Assembly (NCBI GenBank): GCA_016699105.1 | Contig: CP064960.1 | Coordinates: forward strand, 1,074,715-1,138,714 | Source: a bacterium | GTDB taxonomy: Bacteria; Patescibacteriota; Saccharimonadia; UBA4664 | Length of the DNA stretch: 64,000 nucleotides | Direction: 5' to 3' | Part shown: positions 12,909 through 22,702 of the stretch, in pieces | Numbering within the stretch: the stretch's first letter is position 1 | How the letters are laid out: each line of letters begins with the position of its first letter | The notes under the pieces: model-generated | Seen by the model: the letters and a program-made list of their open reading frames with translations, nothing else | What the model was told of the DNA's origin: nothing | The model's database searches: none | Made by a program: the position numbers and the translations under genes

Positions 12909-13934
12909 TTAAGCGGTTCCGACGGGGTTGTCAAGAGGATGTTCTTCCCTCGCTTTTTCCAAACGAGCCCGTTCTCCTAGCCAAAAGCTCAACACCACTA
13001 AGAAGACCAAGATGATTAGCGGCCAGATGAATCCCAAGAAGCCACTGTCATAATTGGTAGATATTGGTACACCGGTCGGACCACTGACAATGACGGCTAG
13101 TTGGACTAAAGCTGTGTGTCCGGCGGCATCGCGTACCCGCACTGTCATTTGGTATGCGCCTGCCGAGGTGTAACTGTGGGTTGCCCGCAAAGGTCCAGCT
13201 TGCGTAGCCGTCGTTTGCTCGGTGTGGCCGTCGCCATAGTCCCAGGCAACCGCATATGGTGGATTACCGCCAGAGACTGCTAGCTCGAAATCGACCGGCG
13301 TGCCGGGTTCGGCGGTCTGATAGAAATGACGGCCCGGATCAAGTACCAGTGGCGCCGGTGTGGGTGGGTTGGTTGGGCGTGGGGTTGGAAAGAGCGGTAG
13401 CCGGGTGGGTGTGGGGGTCGACTGAGGCGTCGGGGTACTCGACGATGATGGCGCTGGGGTAGGCGTGGTCGTCGGCGTGGCTGTTGGTGATGGTGTCGGC
13501 GTGGGGGTGGGGGTTGGAGTTGGTGGTGGTGGGTTATAGTTGATGGATACAGTCAATGAATCGGGACCGTATTGGCCGAGCGCGTCAGCGGTGCGGGCGA
13601 CCAGCTGATTGGATCCGCTACTCAAACCAACGAGCACCGAGAACAACCCACTGCCGTCACAAAAATCACTGCCGGCAAAGACGCCGTTGCGCCAGATTTC
13701 AACCAATAAACCAACCGGACAACTACCATAGACACTAATAGGTGAAGAAGTGGTAGTGTCGCCATCGAGCGGGCTATCAATGGTCGACCCGATTGGTGGT
13801 GGTGGTCCAAGTACAGTCAGATCAAGCGTGGTGGTGGCCGCCCGGCTACTCCAGCTCATTGAAGCTGCCAAAACGGTCGTGATGACGATTAGTAACGCCA
13901 ATGACGGATACGACGTATGGTGATGCGCTGTCAA
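12909..13934 (-). CDS. PKD-domain cell-surface protein with Pro/Thr linker and C-terminal TM anchor
   Basis: The PKD signature WDYGDG sits in AVAWDYGDGHTEQT. A PTPTPTPTPSPT linker and a C-terminal hydrophobic segment followed by a charged tail are present. Confidence 0.6.
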   Translation of the reverse strand: MTAHHHTSYPSLALLIVITTVLAASMSWSSRAATTTLDLTVLGPPPPIGSTIDSPLDGDTTTSSPISVYGSCPVGLLVEIWRNGVFAGSDFCDGSGLFSVLVGLSSGSNQLVARTADALGQYGPDSLTVSINYNPPPPTPTPTPTPTPSPTATPTTTPTPAPSSSSTPTPQSTPTPTRLPLFPTPRPTNPPTPAPLVLDPGRHFYQTAEPGTPVDFELAVSGGNPPYAVAWDYGDGHTEQTTATQAGPLRATHSYTSAGAYQMTVRVRDAAGHTALVQLAVIVSGPTGVPISTNYDSGFLGFIWPLIILVFLVVLSFWLGERARLEKAREEHPLDNPVGTA

Positions 13935-14976
13935 TTTGACCGCTGTGATGATGGGGGCTCAGTTTGAGCCGGCCTCGAAACTGCCGAGGCCAATGGTGCC
14001 CGATGGTGGTAAACCGATGTTTGAGTCGTTCTTGGCGACGATGCCAGGCATACCGCCAACGAAACAGCCGCGGCTCCAGCCAGCGTAACCATAGTGGCGC
14101 CCAGAGTCGATGCCAGATAGGTCCAAGATGATTCACGAGGCTTTGTCCGGGGCGGGTTTTGAGTAATAGCCGCACGAGAATGAGTAAGACTATAAGAAAC
14201 ACCAATATCCGAACTAACCAGATACCGGCCTGGCGCATAGTTGAAACGAAGGTGGAAGATTCAGTCGACGGATTGGCAGCACCTATTGGCGAGGGCGACG
14301 CGGCAGTCACTGGTTGTTCCTTACCCGTGACGGGGTCAAGTGTGACTGCTGCCGGTGGTGGCGTCACGGCAGCTCCTGGTGCTGGTGTGGGCGTCGGAGC
14401 CGGCGTTTGGCCAGGAGGCAAGGGTGTGGTGGGAGCGGCTCCCGGACCGACATAGGGCGTCGGGGTGGGGGTGTGACTGCCCCCTCCCCCACCTGATGGA
14501 GTGGGTGTCGGTGTTGGAGCGGCTGTGGGTACCGGTGTAGGGACGGGGGTGGGGGTCGGCGTCGGTGGCGGCCCATTCGTCTTGGTGACCGTATATGTAA
14601 CCACGTGCGTCGCGGGACCGCCAAAGGGATCACCGCACGACGTCAATAAAATGAGTCCGCCGCCATCAATGCTTAAGAGCAATGACCCGTCGGGAGCACC
14701 ATAAAACGCAAAACCGTGGGTGCCATTGAGATTACTGGAATACGAGCTAGGAAATTCATAGCCGGCGGTGCAGTAGATATAGGTATTAAAGGTAAACGTG
14801 CCAGTAAACACGCTGCCACTCTGAGGTCCGATAGGCGCTTGAACGCCGGGTGTTCCCGCGAGTACCGGCTCTCCCACGCTCAAGATACCGACGACCAACA
14901 GGCTCATCAGGAGACCCCATTTAGTATGGGGATGGGGCTGCCCTCCAGGGGCAAGTCTGTGCGAGATGTGGCGCAT
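13846..14976 (-). CDS. Secreted Pro/Thr-rich membrane-anchored protein
   Basis: 376-aa ORF with an N-terminal hydrophobic segment, a PTPTPVPTPVPT linker and a TM segment. The upstream context reads as a promoter. Confidence 0.5.
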   Translation of the reverse strand: MRHISHRLAPGGQPHPHTKWGLLMSLLVVGILSVGEPVLAGTPGVQAPIGPQSGSVFTGTFTFNTYIYCTAGYEFPSSYSSNLNGTHGFAFYGAPDGSLLLSIDGGGLILLTSCGDPFGGPATHVVTYTVTKTNGPPPTPTPTPVPTPVPTAAPTPTPTPSGGGGGSHTPTPTPYVGPGAAPTTPLPPGQTPAPTPTPAPGAAVTPPPAAVTLDPVTGKEQPVTAASPSPIGAANPSTESSTFVSTMRQAGIWLVRILVFLIVLLILVRLLLKTRPGQSLVNHLGPIWHRLWAPLWLRWLEPRLFRWRYAWHRRQERLKHRFTTIGHHWPRQFRGRLKLSPHHHSGQIDSASPYVVSVIGVTNRHHDRFGSFNELE

Positions 14977-15127
14977 AATTATTTTGCTTTGGTATCACCT
15001 ACAACAATGCTTACGTTTCATTGTAGCGGAAATACCATAGAGGGGGTAGGTATCAATTCGGAAATACGACTATAGCAATTCGATTGCAGCTGTCGCATAG
15101 TGAAAATGTAAAAAGGACGAACTTCAC

Positions 15128-15412
15128 ATGTCACAACGCAAAGAAGAATTCAAAGTTAGTGGTGAACAATTACTCGCTCAAGTCAAACGTCTCATCGCCG
15201 AGGGCAACGTCCGGCGAATTACAATTAAAAATAAAGATGGCAAAACTATAGTTGAGCTACCCCTCACCTTGGGAGTAGTTGGCGCAGTGCTGGCTCCCCC
15301 ATTGGCGGCTGTGGGTGCGATCGCAGCCCTGGTGACGGAGTGCTCTATTGTGGTCGAGCGCGATACGAGTGAACCGACTGAAGGGGAAGTTGTTGACAAG
15401 GTTACAAAATAG
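15128..15412 (+). CDS. DUF4342-family small protein
   Basis: 94 aa. The block EEFKVSGEQLLAQVKRLIAEGNVRRITIKNKDGKTIVELPLTLGVVGAVLAPPLAAVGAIAALV is typical of DUF4342 proteins. Confidence 0.6.
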   Translation: MSQRKEEFKVSGEQLLAQVKRLIAEGNVRRITIKNKDGKTIVELPLTLGVVGAVLAPPLAAVGAIAALVTECSIVVERDTSEPTEGEVVDKVTK

Positions 15413-15421
15413 CCTCGAAAA

Positions 15422-15817
15422 TCAATTCTTGAGTATATCTTTGAACTCAGCGCGGCTAATTATCCGAATGTTTTTGTATTTTCCTACTACAAGCAAATCT
15501 TTGTCCGCCGTCACTATATACTCCGCCTGGCCAGCTATAGCAGCCGCCAGGATATAGTCGTCGTTTGGATCACGGCAGATTCGGTCAACTGAAACGGGGT
15601 TTGCGACTACAGATAAGCGAGCAAATATCTTTGCCGTTATCCGAGCTTTTTGGATTGTTAGACTAAATTTTTGATGTAAAACTCGTTCTAATTCGTCCAG
15701 GATAAATCCTGAGGTAACCAAGGTAAGTTGATCTAATACAATGGCTTTTCGGAATGACGCCAATTCCTCGCGACGCGTCAAGGTGACGAGTACATTCGTA
15801 TCGAAGACGACCCGCAT
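15422..15817 (-). CDS. PIN-domain toxin (VapC-like)
   Basis: 131 aa. MRVVFDTNVLV is the PIN N-terminus with its acidic residue. The gene sits 4 bp downstream of an RHH gene. Confidence 0.7.
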   Translation of the reverse strand: MRVVFDTNVLVTLTRREELASFRKAIVLDQLTLVTSGFILDELERVLHQKFSLTIQKARITAKIFARLSVVANPVSVDRICRDPNDDYILAAAIAGQAEYIVTADKDLLVVGKYKNIRIISRAEFKDILKN

Positions 15818-15820
15818 GAG

Positions 15821-16102
15821 CTAAGAGCGGACTTCTTTGACAGCACGGACAAAGTCTTCGTCGGTACGGTAGCCATTTTTCTGGGCACCGCTGGCGGCGT
15901 CTTTCATGAGTGATTCGAGGAGTAACCAGTTTTGCTCTGCATCTCTGTCGAATTTGAGCTTTCCAACAAGAGCCTGTCGAATGTAATCGCTGCGGCTGGC
16001 ATATTCTGCTTTGGCAGCCTGATCGATTTTGATTACCAGTTCTTCGGGGAGAGATATGTTTATCGTTTGAGAAGACACGCTATCAATCCTTGTTATATAC
16101 AA
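15821..16102 (-). CDS. Ribbon-helix-helix (CopG-like) antitoxin
   Basis: 93 aa. ISLPEELVIKIDQAAKAEYASRSDYIRQAL is an RHH pattern. It is co-oriented and adjacent to the PIN gene. Confidence 0.65.
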   Translation of the reverse strand: MYITRIDSVSSQTINISLPEELVIKIDQAAKAEYASRSDYIRQALVGKLKFDRDAEQNWLLLESLMKDAASGAQKNGYRTDEDFVRAVKEVRS

Positions 16103-16125
16103 TTATTGTATGCTTATTGTATAGC
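16095..16125. promoter_or_regulatory. Palindromic operator-like site upstream of the RHH antitoxin
   Basis: A perfect palindrome atacaattattgtat is followed by a ttattgtata half-site, immediately 5' of the antitoxin start on the minus strand. Confidence 0.4.
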
Positions 16126-16541
16126 TTGTCAAATCAGTAACACTGCGCGAATTCGATCAGCGTAATGCTTTCGTTCCTCAACAGGAACTAAAAATCGTTG
16201 ACCGTCTTCGGCGTACTCGTACATTTGATCGTCATCATAGCGGAGCATGACATGCAATTGATATTGAAACACATCTTGACCTTTGCATTTGGCGCCCTCG
16301 ATCGGCTCATTGTGCTGGCGCATGACATTAACTTAAGTCTTTGTCAAAGTCGCGTTCGTCGACATCTCCAGTGGATATTTTGCTTGATGCGTCAGGGTTT
16401 TCAAATACAGGCGAGGCTGTAGTCAAATCTTCGCGCGAAACATATGCCTCAGATCAACCTCCGCTTACAAGCAAATGGAGGTTCGAGACTGTTCACAATC
16501 GTTGATGGCGCAAGCGAGGTAGTATCATCTTCGATTGGCTG

Positions 16542-16916
16542 TCACCATTTCAAAGTTACTGCTACCCAACTGCCTTTTTGACCAGCCGAACTAGCTCGAA
16601 CATTAACTATCGTCTGACCAGTTGGCGTAATCTTGGGAGTCCCTTTTATCAGACCATTATCGACTAAACGCAGTCCACGCGGAAGCGAGGATCCTGGAGC
16701 CACCTCCCATTTCAACGGACTTCCTTTTGCCTGTAATTGGTAACTGAACGGTTTGCCGCGTGTCGCATTCATTTGGCTTGAACGTGGCGTTGGTACTGCC
16801 ACTCTAAGGATACTATTAGCTGCCGCAATGCTAGCTTTATCTACGATGCTGCTACCACTATACAAGGTATGGACGACTGCCCCTGAGACAATATGCTTAA
16901 AAGCAAAATCACACAC
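16542..16916 (-). CDS. C-terminal Ig-like (putative-Ig / dystroglycan-type) domain fragment, probably part of one gene spanning 16542..18910
   Basis: GKPFSYQLQAKGSPLKWEVAPGSSLPRGLRLVDNGLIKGTP matches the 'putative Ig domain' pattern. Confidence 0.45.
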   Translation of the reverse strand: MCDFAFKHIVSGAVVHTLYSGSSIVDKASIAAANSILRVAVPTPRSSQMNATRGKPFSYQLQAKGSPLKWEVAPGSSLPRGLRLVDNGLIKGTPKITPTGQTIVNVRASSAGQKGSWVAVTLKW

Positions 16917-16983
16917 GACGTCATATAGGGCGCAAACTTGGTGAATTTTACTCTTCGGTAGTAGCTCACCATCATTCGGGAAT

Positions 16984-17547
16984 TTATCTGTTGAAGTACC
17001 AGATTGTGGCTGTGCCCCAAAAGCCTAAGCCGACACCACTACTCCGCTGCCGCATATTTCCATAGTATTGGGCATTATCATTTGGAACTCGATCACCATC
17101 ACCGATTAAGATAATCGCGTCAATTCTGGATAAGATGGTTTTGTTGTTACGCGGCGACGAGTCGGTTGAATTGCGTAGTTTGTATAGCTGCTGCGCAACT
17201 CTGTGCATTACCATTGCACCCTGTGAGTATCCCGCTAATACAATTCGCTCATCCGGGCATATCATCGCTCGATTCTTTAGATATAGTGACACAAAGCTCA
17301 CACCGTCACCCAGGCCATTAAAGTACTTCTCGATATCGTGCGAAATGTTATAAACTGACTCGGCCGAGAAATCTGCAGATACTGCGGAAATCGTACGTTT
17401 CGTACCAATCTCAGATGTAAACTTATCAAACGCGCTTTTCACTGTAGCCCCCATTCCGAGGGGATCAGCAGTTGTTGGCGTCCAGTCTTTATTGCCTGGC
17501 CCTTTCTCGCCCGATCCCTTGCGGCTACGAAGAGTACATCTGAACAA
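16984..17547 (-). CDS. Cutinase-like serine esterase domain
   Basis: The GYSQGA nucleophile motif of cutinases sits in the expected context, VLAGYSQGAMVMHRV. Confidence 0.55.
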   Translation of the reverse strand: MFRCTLRSRKGSGEKGPGNKDWTPTTADPLGMGATVKSAFDKFTSEIGTKRTISAVSADFSAESVYNISHDIEKYFNGLGDGVSFVSLYLKNRAMICPDERIVLAGYSQGAMVMHRVAQQLYKLRNSTDSSPRNNKTILSRIDAIILIGDGDRVPNDNAQYYGNMRQRSSGVGLGFWGTATIWYFNR

Positions 17548-17779
17548 TAGTTTGGCGTTTCGGTAAGCGTAGATGCGATATCGGTGGTGAGTCGGATTAC
17601 CTCGCCACCAATTGCGGTATCATCAGTAATAAAAAGCCTCCCATTTTCCTGGAGAACTACATCGGATACGTAAAATGATTGTGCTCTCTCAAATACATTG
17701 CTGGCACCACTGTCGTAAGTACCGTCAACGCCAATACGCCTAATGCGAAAATTTGTGTTTCCTTCGGTGTTATATCCTA

Positions 17780-18910
17780 CTAGTATTTTTTGTCAGGTTG
17801 TTGTGCTAAGAAAGTTAAATTGTTCATACCCGTATCCGGCTCTGTAATACTAACTTTGCCTAGCGCTCCGAAGCTAGGATCAAGAAGTCCGGCAATGCTA
17901 TATCGCGCGACGTATACTCCTCCGCCGGGCATCCCGGCACTAATCAGAATTTTTCCATCTGATTGAAGCACGATAGGGCGACTACTAATCTGGGTGTGAG
18001 TACTGCTTACTCGGCCAGGATTTGTAACGATTCCAGCATCGCCAAAAGTAGTATCTAGACTACCTCCTGATTTGTACCGGGCTAAGAATATTCGCAAATC
18101 GGCCGCACTAGAATTATTGTCCGGATAATAGTCACCAAATACGATAGCGTTACCGTCAGGTTGTATTTTTACACCGTAACCCCAGCTTCCCGAGTAACAA
18201 CCATTGCACGTATGAATAGCCTCTCCTGGAAGGCTTATATCTACTACACCCGTGTTACCAAAACTCCTATCTAAGCTGCCATCAGTGTTGAATCGCGATA
18301 GAGCCGCGTTGCTCATTGAGCCGTTATTTGACGACACTCCATTCGTCCCGACAGCTACGATCTTACCGTCAGACTGTAAGTCCATAGAGTAAAGCGCCGT
18401 ACCCCACGCTGGATTGTCGGCATATTGTTCTGCTATCCCGTCTCGGCCAAATGACCAATCCAATAAACCATTTGAGCTTAGCCGCAATATGAACCAATGA
18501 GATTGTGCACCCCTCCAGAAAGTACCACCTACAAGTATCTTGGCATCTGGTTGAACATAAACGGTCTCGGGGACGCACAGCACACCGGGGGTCACCTGTA
18601 TTACCTTGCCTGCATCACCCCAGTTAGTATCCGGTTTACCATCCGGGTTAAAACGAGCAACCTGACAGCCTTCCCCTCCATTTACGATTGCTCCAGCTAC
18701 GAGTATTTTACCGTCTGATTGAGTAGCCATTTTCCGCGCGCTGCCGGATAATACTGCGGAACCATTTTCTCCAAAAGAAGTGTCTGGACCAAATAGATTT
18801 GCCGCTTCAGCGGGCTTAGTTATTACTAATACATTAATTACAAGAGAAATTGCTACGATTGGTAGTAATCGCCGCCTGAATCCAATAAAGATACCGTTAT
18901 TTTCATTCAT
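17780..18910 (-). CDS. Delta-60-repeat (beta-propeller-like) secreted protein with N-terminal TM/signal
   Basis: There are at least 7 repeats of the form FN(P/T)DGSLD.SFG..G.V... plus SDGKILV blocks. Further repeats are encoded in another frame at 17560..17780, implying a frameshift fusion with the cutinase part. Confidence 0.5.
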   Translation of the reverse strand: MNENNGIFIGFRRRLLPIVAISLVINVLVITKPAEAANLFGPDTSFGENGSAVLSGSARKMATQSDGKILVAGAIVNGGEGCQVARFNPDGKPDTNWGDAGKVIQVTPGVLCVPETVYVQPDAKILVGGTFWRGAQSHWFILRLSSNGLLDWSFGRDGIAEQYADNPAWGTALYSMDLQSDGKIVAVGTNGVSSNNGSMSNAALSRFNTDGSLDRSFGNTGVVDISLPGEAIHTCNGCYSGSWGYGVKIQPDGNAIVFGDYYPDNNSSAADLRIFLARYKSGGSLDTTFGDAGIVTNPGRVSSTHTQISSRPIVLQSDGKILISAGMPGGGVYVARYSIAGLLDPSFGALGKVSITEPDTGMNNLTFLAQQPDKKY

Positions 18911-19094
18911 AATTTAATCCTGTCAGCGTGTAGCGCGAGTGTCAACATTATTAAATTACATATTCGCAATGTGGAACACCTGCCTGAATTACTCCTCCAT
19001 ATAGTGGGGAATGAGGAGCCGTCACTCCGTGACTTTCCTGCGGTACTCGGAATACGGTACCAAAACAAAAGCTCCCTGATGGGAGCACTTGTTT

Positions 19095-19171
19095 TGGTGG
19101 GCAATGAGGGGCTCGAACCCCCGACCTCCTCGGTGTAAACGAGGCGCTCTAGCCAACTGAGCTAATTGCCC
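19095..19171 (-). tRNA. tRNA-Val (anticodon TAC)
   Basis: The reverse complement folds as GGGCAAT-TA-GCTCAGTTGGCTAGAGC-G-CCTCG-TTTACAC-CGAGG-AGGTC-GGGGG-TTCGAGC-CCCTC-ATTGCCC-A-CCA. CCA is encoded. Confidence 0.85.
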
Positions 19172-19214
19172 GAACCTGGTTATATTACAAGAAATAGGCG
19201 TAAAATGCCATAAT

Positions 19215-19673
19215 ATGAGTATAAATAAGCGAATTGTCGTCAATACACCGGTCGGACATTTTGTGATGCATATTGCCGGTACCAAGGTTATATATGCAAC
19301 TTTTAATAATGAGATGGCGGTCGCACAAACAAATCATCCGTACGCCCAGCTGGTATTAGATTATTTTGAAGGCAATTTAGTAGCGCTCGATCAGATATCC
19401 CGTCAGCAATCGGCAAGCCCCTTTTTTGCCAAAATTTATGAAGCCATGAGTGCGATCCCAGTCGGTCAGACCGCCAGCTACGCCGAGTTGGCACACGAGG
19501 CTGGCAGTCCTCGGGCGATGCGAGCAGCTGGCAGTGCCTGTGCCCGTAATCAATTACCCTTGCTCGTACCCTGTCACCGGGTAGTTCGGAGCGACGGTAC
19601 CTTGGGCAACTACGGATATGGTCTCGCGGTCAAGCAGTGGCTGCTTGACCATGAAGCACGCCATGCGATTTGA
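19215..19673 (+). CDS. ogt: Methylated-DNA-protein-cysteine methyltransferase
   Basis: The PCHRV active-site motif is present, together with ...SYAELAHEAGSPRAMRAAGSACARN..LLVPCHRVV. Confidence 0.8.
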   Translation: MSINKRIVVNTPVGHFVMHIAGTKVIYATFNNEMAVAQTNHPYAQLVLDYFEGNLVALDQISRQQSASPFFAKIYEAMSAIPVGQTASYAELAHEAGSPRAMRAAGSACARNQLPLLVPCHRVVRSDGTLGNYGYGLAVKQWLLDHEARHAI

Positions 19674-19745
19674 TTAGAATCACATCTTCAAGGTCTTTGC
19701 GTCGACCGAGCTTAATCTTGCATTCGACTAAGTCTGGCATCGACA

Positions 19746-19952
19746 TTACAGGGAGATTCGTGATGTTGACAGCGGTTTTTGGAGGTCATGAATATTTAGA
19801 CCCATCCATTGCAGCATCAAATGATAGCCATCACGAGTGAGAACCCGCTTGCCGTCGTCGTGGACAAATTCCTTCCAGCCTTTATCCTTAAATTTGTCGT
19901 ACACCGATTGGTTGACGACGAGGTCTATATCATTGGTGGAACGAATTTTCAT
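19746..19952 (-). CDS. Small ORF overlapping the sulP stop through ATGA (possible nucleotidyltransferase-like remnant)
   Basis: 68 aa with DIDLVV, reminiscent of a minimal nucleotidyltransferase motif. The call is weak. Confidence 0.2.
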   Translation of the reverse strand: MKIRSTNDIDLVVNQSVYDKFKDKGWKEFVHDDGKRVLTRDGYHLMLQWMGLNIHDLQKPLSTSRISL

Positions 19953-21695
19953 GAGCTCGAGCGCCGCGCCCCGATAACGACGTAGTCTTGTGGCTTTATA
20001 CCTAATGACTGAATGCGTTCAGCTTTATCATCAATGTTCTTTATTTGAGCTTCAATTGCAAAGCGCAGATTTGGGAAAATATTTTTCGAACCAATGAGAT
20101 CAATGAGGCCGTAACGCTTGAATAGGGCGCGTAACCGAGGGGCAGCATGGGCGAGGCAGAATTGTATGTCATCAGCGTCCAATTGATTAATCAACCGAAT
20201 GAGCGTTTGGGCGGCAGTGTAATCTACATCAGTAATGGCGCTGGCATCTAAGATGAAGACTCGCACTGGCTGCTTAGTTGAAGCTACCAGCTTGGACACG
20301 CGCTCAAGGAAATACCCGGAGTTCTCAAAGAAGATGGCATCATTGAAGCGGTAGGCCAAGACGCCAGCTGGAGCAGCCACCGGATTCTTGCCTTTAGAGA
20401 ATCGATCGGCAGCCCACTCAGCATATTCCTGATCGCGTAATAAGATATCATCATGAGGATGATACTGCCGACGCAACCGCTCGACTAACGATAGGAGCAC
20501 AGCCAGCATGACGCCTTTTTGAACACCCAGCAATGCAACGGCAATCAGTGCTGCCATGGCGATCGCAAATTCACTTCGACGCATAGCCCAGATATCTCTA
20601 AGTTCAGAAATTTTTACTAAATGCAGACCAATAGTAAACACAATGGCCGCCAACGAAGCCTGGGGGACGTACGCAAATAAACCGGTAGCTACCACCAACA
20701 CCAAGCCAATCAGGAGTGACATGATAACATTTACAAGCTGAGAGCGACCACCTGCCAATTCGCCGGCTGAAGTCCGGGGTGGGCTGCCATTAATCGCAAA
20801 GCCGGGAACTAACGCTGACGTAGCGTTAGCCATACCTAAGGCCATCAAATCCGGATTGTCGTTCACCTTTTCGTCGTGGCGGGCAGCCGAACTGCGGATG
20901 ACGGCCAAACTCTGTGCCAAAATGACGACGGCAATCGAGAAGGCCGTGGGCAGGAGTGTCACCATGAGGCCTAGGGTAATGTTTGGCCACATCAAGGCCG
21001 GCAATCCTGGTGGCACCGCACCAATGACTTCGATACCTAGGTGATGCAGATCAAATACTTTGGTGGCAACAATAGCACCGACCAAAGCGATCAAGGCACC
21101 GGGTAGTTATATTTCCACCCGAATACCACAACGGCGACAACGGCGGCGGCAAGCCCGGCAGTGAGCCATTCGATGTGCGCCAGATGCGTCGCTACAAACA
21201 GGAACTTGTCAACGATGCTGCCATGAGCATGCTGACCCAACATTTCCGGCAATTTACCTATTAGTAATTGCACGCCAACGCCAGATATAAAACCGATCAG
21301 GACTGGCCGTGAAATTAAATCTGCCATAAATCCAAAACCGAGCCGCCGACATCCCCAGTAAGACCAGCGCAGTCGTGATACCGAGTACAGCGATGGCGTT
21401 GGCATACTCAGTCGTCCCAGCAGCTGCTATGGTAGCACCACCAGCAGCCACTAATGCAGCCGTTGCGGAATCTGCACCCACTACAAGCCGCCGAGATGAC
21501 GAAGGCTGCAAATACAATGGGAGCAAGCAGAGCACAATACAAGCCAGTCTGCACGGGTAAGCCGACAATGACTGCAAAACCCAGTGATTCTGGAATAGCA
21601 ATAGCCGTTACTACCATTGCCGCCATCAGATCTGATTTCAGCCAGCGTCGCTGGTAGCCCCGTAGATTTGGAAAGATGAATTTGGATAAGACCAT
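19949..21695 (-). CDS. SulP-family anion transporter with C-terminal STAS domain, split into 3 ORFs
   Basis: ORFs 21408..21695 and 21091..21405 carry the N-terminal TM region. 19949..21094 carries the TM half and a STAS domain (VFILDASAITDVDYTAAQTLIRLINQL). Confidence 0.65.
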
Positions 21696-21870
21696 TACGG
21701 TATTTCACTATACCCTATCTATTTACTGTTGTCACTACCTTCTAGTTAGAATTGACTAAATTAACTGGAATAATATTACTGAGGCGCATTAGAGCTTTGT
21801 CGCTGAATAACCGCATAAGCACTGATCGAAAACCTCACGCATTTTATGCGAGTAGGTGTAATATAGTTTT

Positions 21871-22608
21871 ATGGCGTATACGTTTACATACCGCTTTGTT
21901 GACCACGATCGAATTACTGGAGAAGAGTCTCCGTCGTATGTCTTGCGCGTGCGCGACCTGCCGCTCGAACATAAACCTCGCGAGAAACTGAAAGCAGCCG
22001 GCCCGAGTGCCTTGAGTATGGCTGAATTGGTCGCCATTATTTGGAACGTTGGTAATAAAAACGAAGACGTAATTGCAATGGCTCAACGCGTTATTCGTGA
22101 GTATGGCGGCCAAGCGATGGCGCATGAAACAAATCCTCAGAATTTGAGTGAACTCTTAGCAATTCCATACACCAAAGCCTGCCAGCTAGTGGCTTGTATG
22201 GAGCTAGGTCGGCGCCAATTTGCTACAGCAAGAGGGTTACCAATTTATATTCGCAATGCAAAAAATGCCTACGACCATTTGTCGTCCATCGCCCAGAGTC
22301 CCAAAGAACAGTTGCGTGGGCTATATCTCAACAGCCGCTATGAAGTAATACATCAGGAAATTATTTCAATTGGTAGTTTAACGGCGAGCATTGTTCACCC
22401 ACGCGAAGTTTTTGCGCCGGCTATAGCATATGGAGCAGTCGGTGTTATAGTTGCGCACAATCATCCTTCTGGCGATGCCACGCCCACTGCAGAAGATATC
22501 GAAATTACTCATCAGTTACGGGCCGCCGGTACTCTTCTCGGCATAGATTTGGTCGACCATTTAATAATTACGAATACAAGTCATACGAGTATTGTTACCC
22601 AATTATAG
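21871..22608 (+). CDS. radC: RadC-family JAB/MPN domain protein
   Basis: The JAMM motif HNHPSGDATPTAED is present, along with an N-terminal HhH-like region. Confidence 0.8.
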   Translation: MAYTFTYRFVDHDRITGEESPSYVLRVRDLPLEHKPREKLKAAGPSALSMAELVAIIWNVGNKNEDVIAMAQRVIREYGGQAMAHETNPQNLSELLAIPYTKACQLVACMELGRRQFATARGLPIYIRNAKNAYDHLSSIAQSPKEQLRGLYLNSRYEVIHQEIISIGSLTASIVHPREVFAPAIAYGAVGVIVAHNHPSGDATPTAEDIEITHQLRAAGTLLGIDLVDHLIITNTSHTSIVTQL

Positions 22609-22702
22609 GTAAATTGAAGTATGCAAGCTCGATTCTAAATATTCTCGGTATTGTTCCTAATCAATTAACCAAAGCTACGGAGCTTAGCTACCCAGGATCA
22701 CG

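Noticed and set aside
13380-14600. Pro/Thr-coding DNA repeats (PTPTPTPT) as a possible DGR variable region or VNTR
   Set aside because: They are simple linker-coding repeats inside surface-protein genes. No reverse transcriptase or template repeat with A-specific mismatches is present.
19746-19952. Calling the 68-aa ORF a nucleotidyltransferase
   Set aside because: Only a DIDLVV-like stretch supports it, and the GS motif is missing. It is kept as a low-confidence ORF only.
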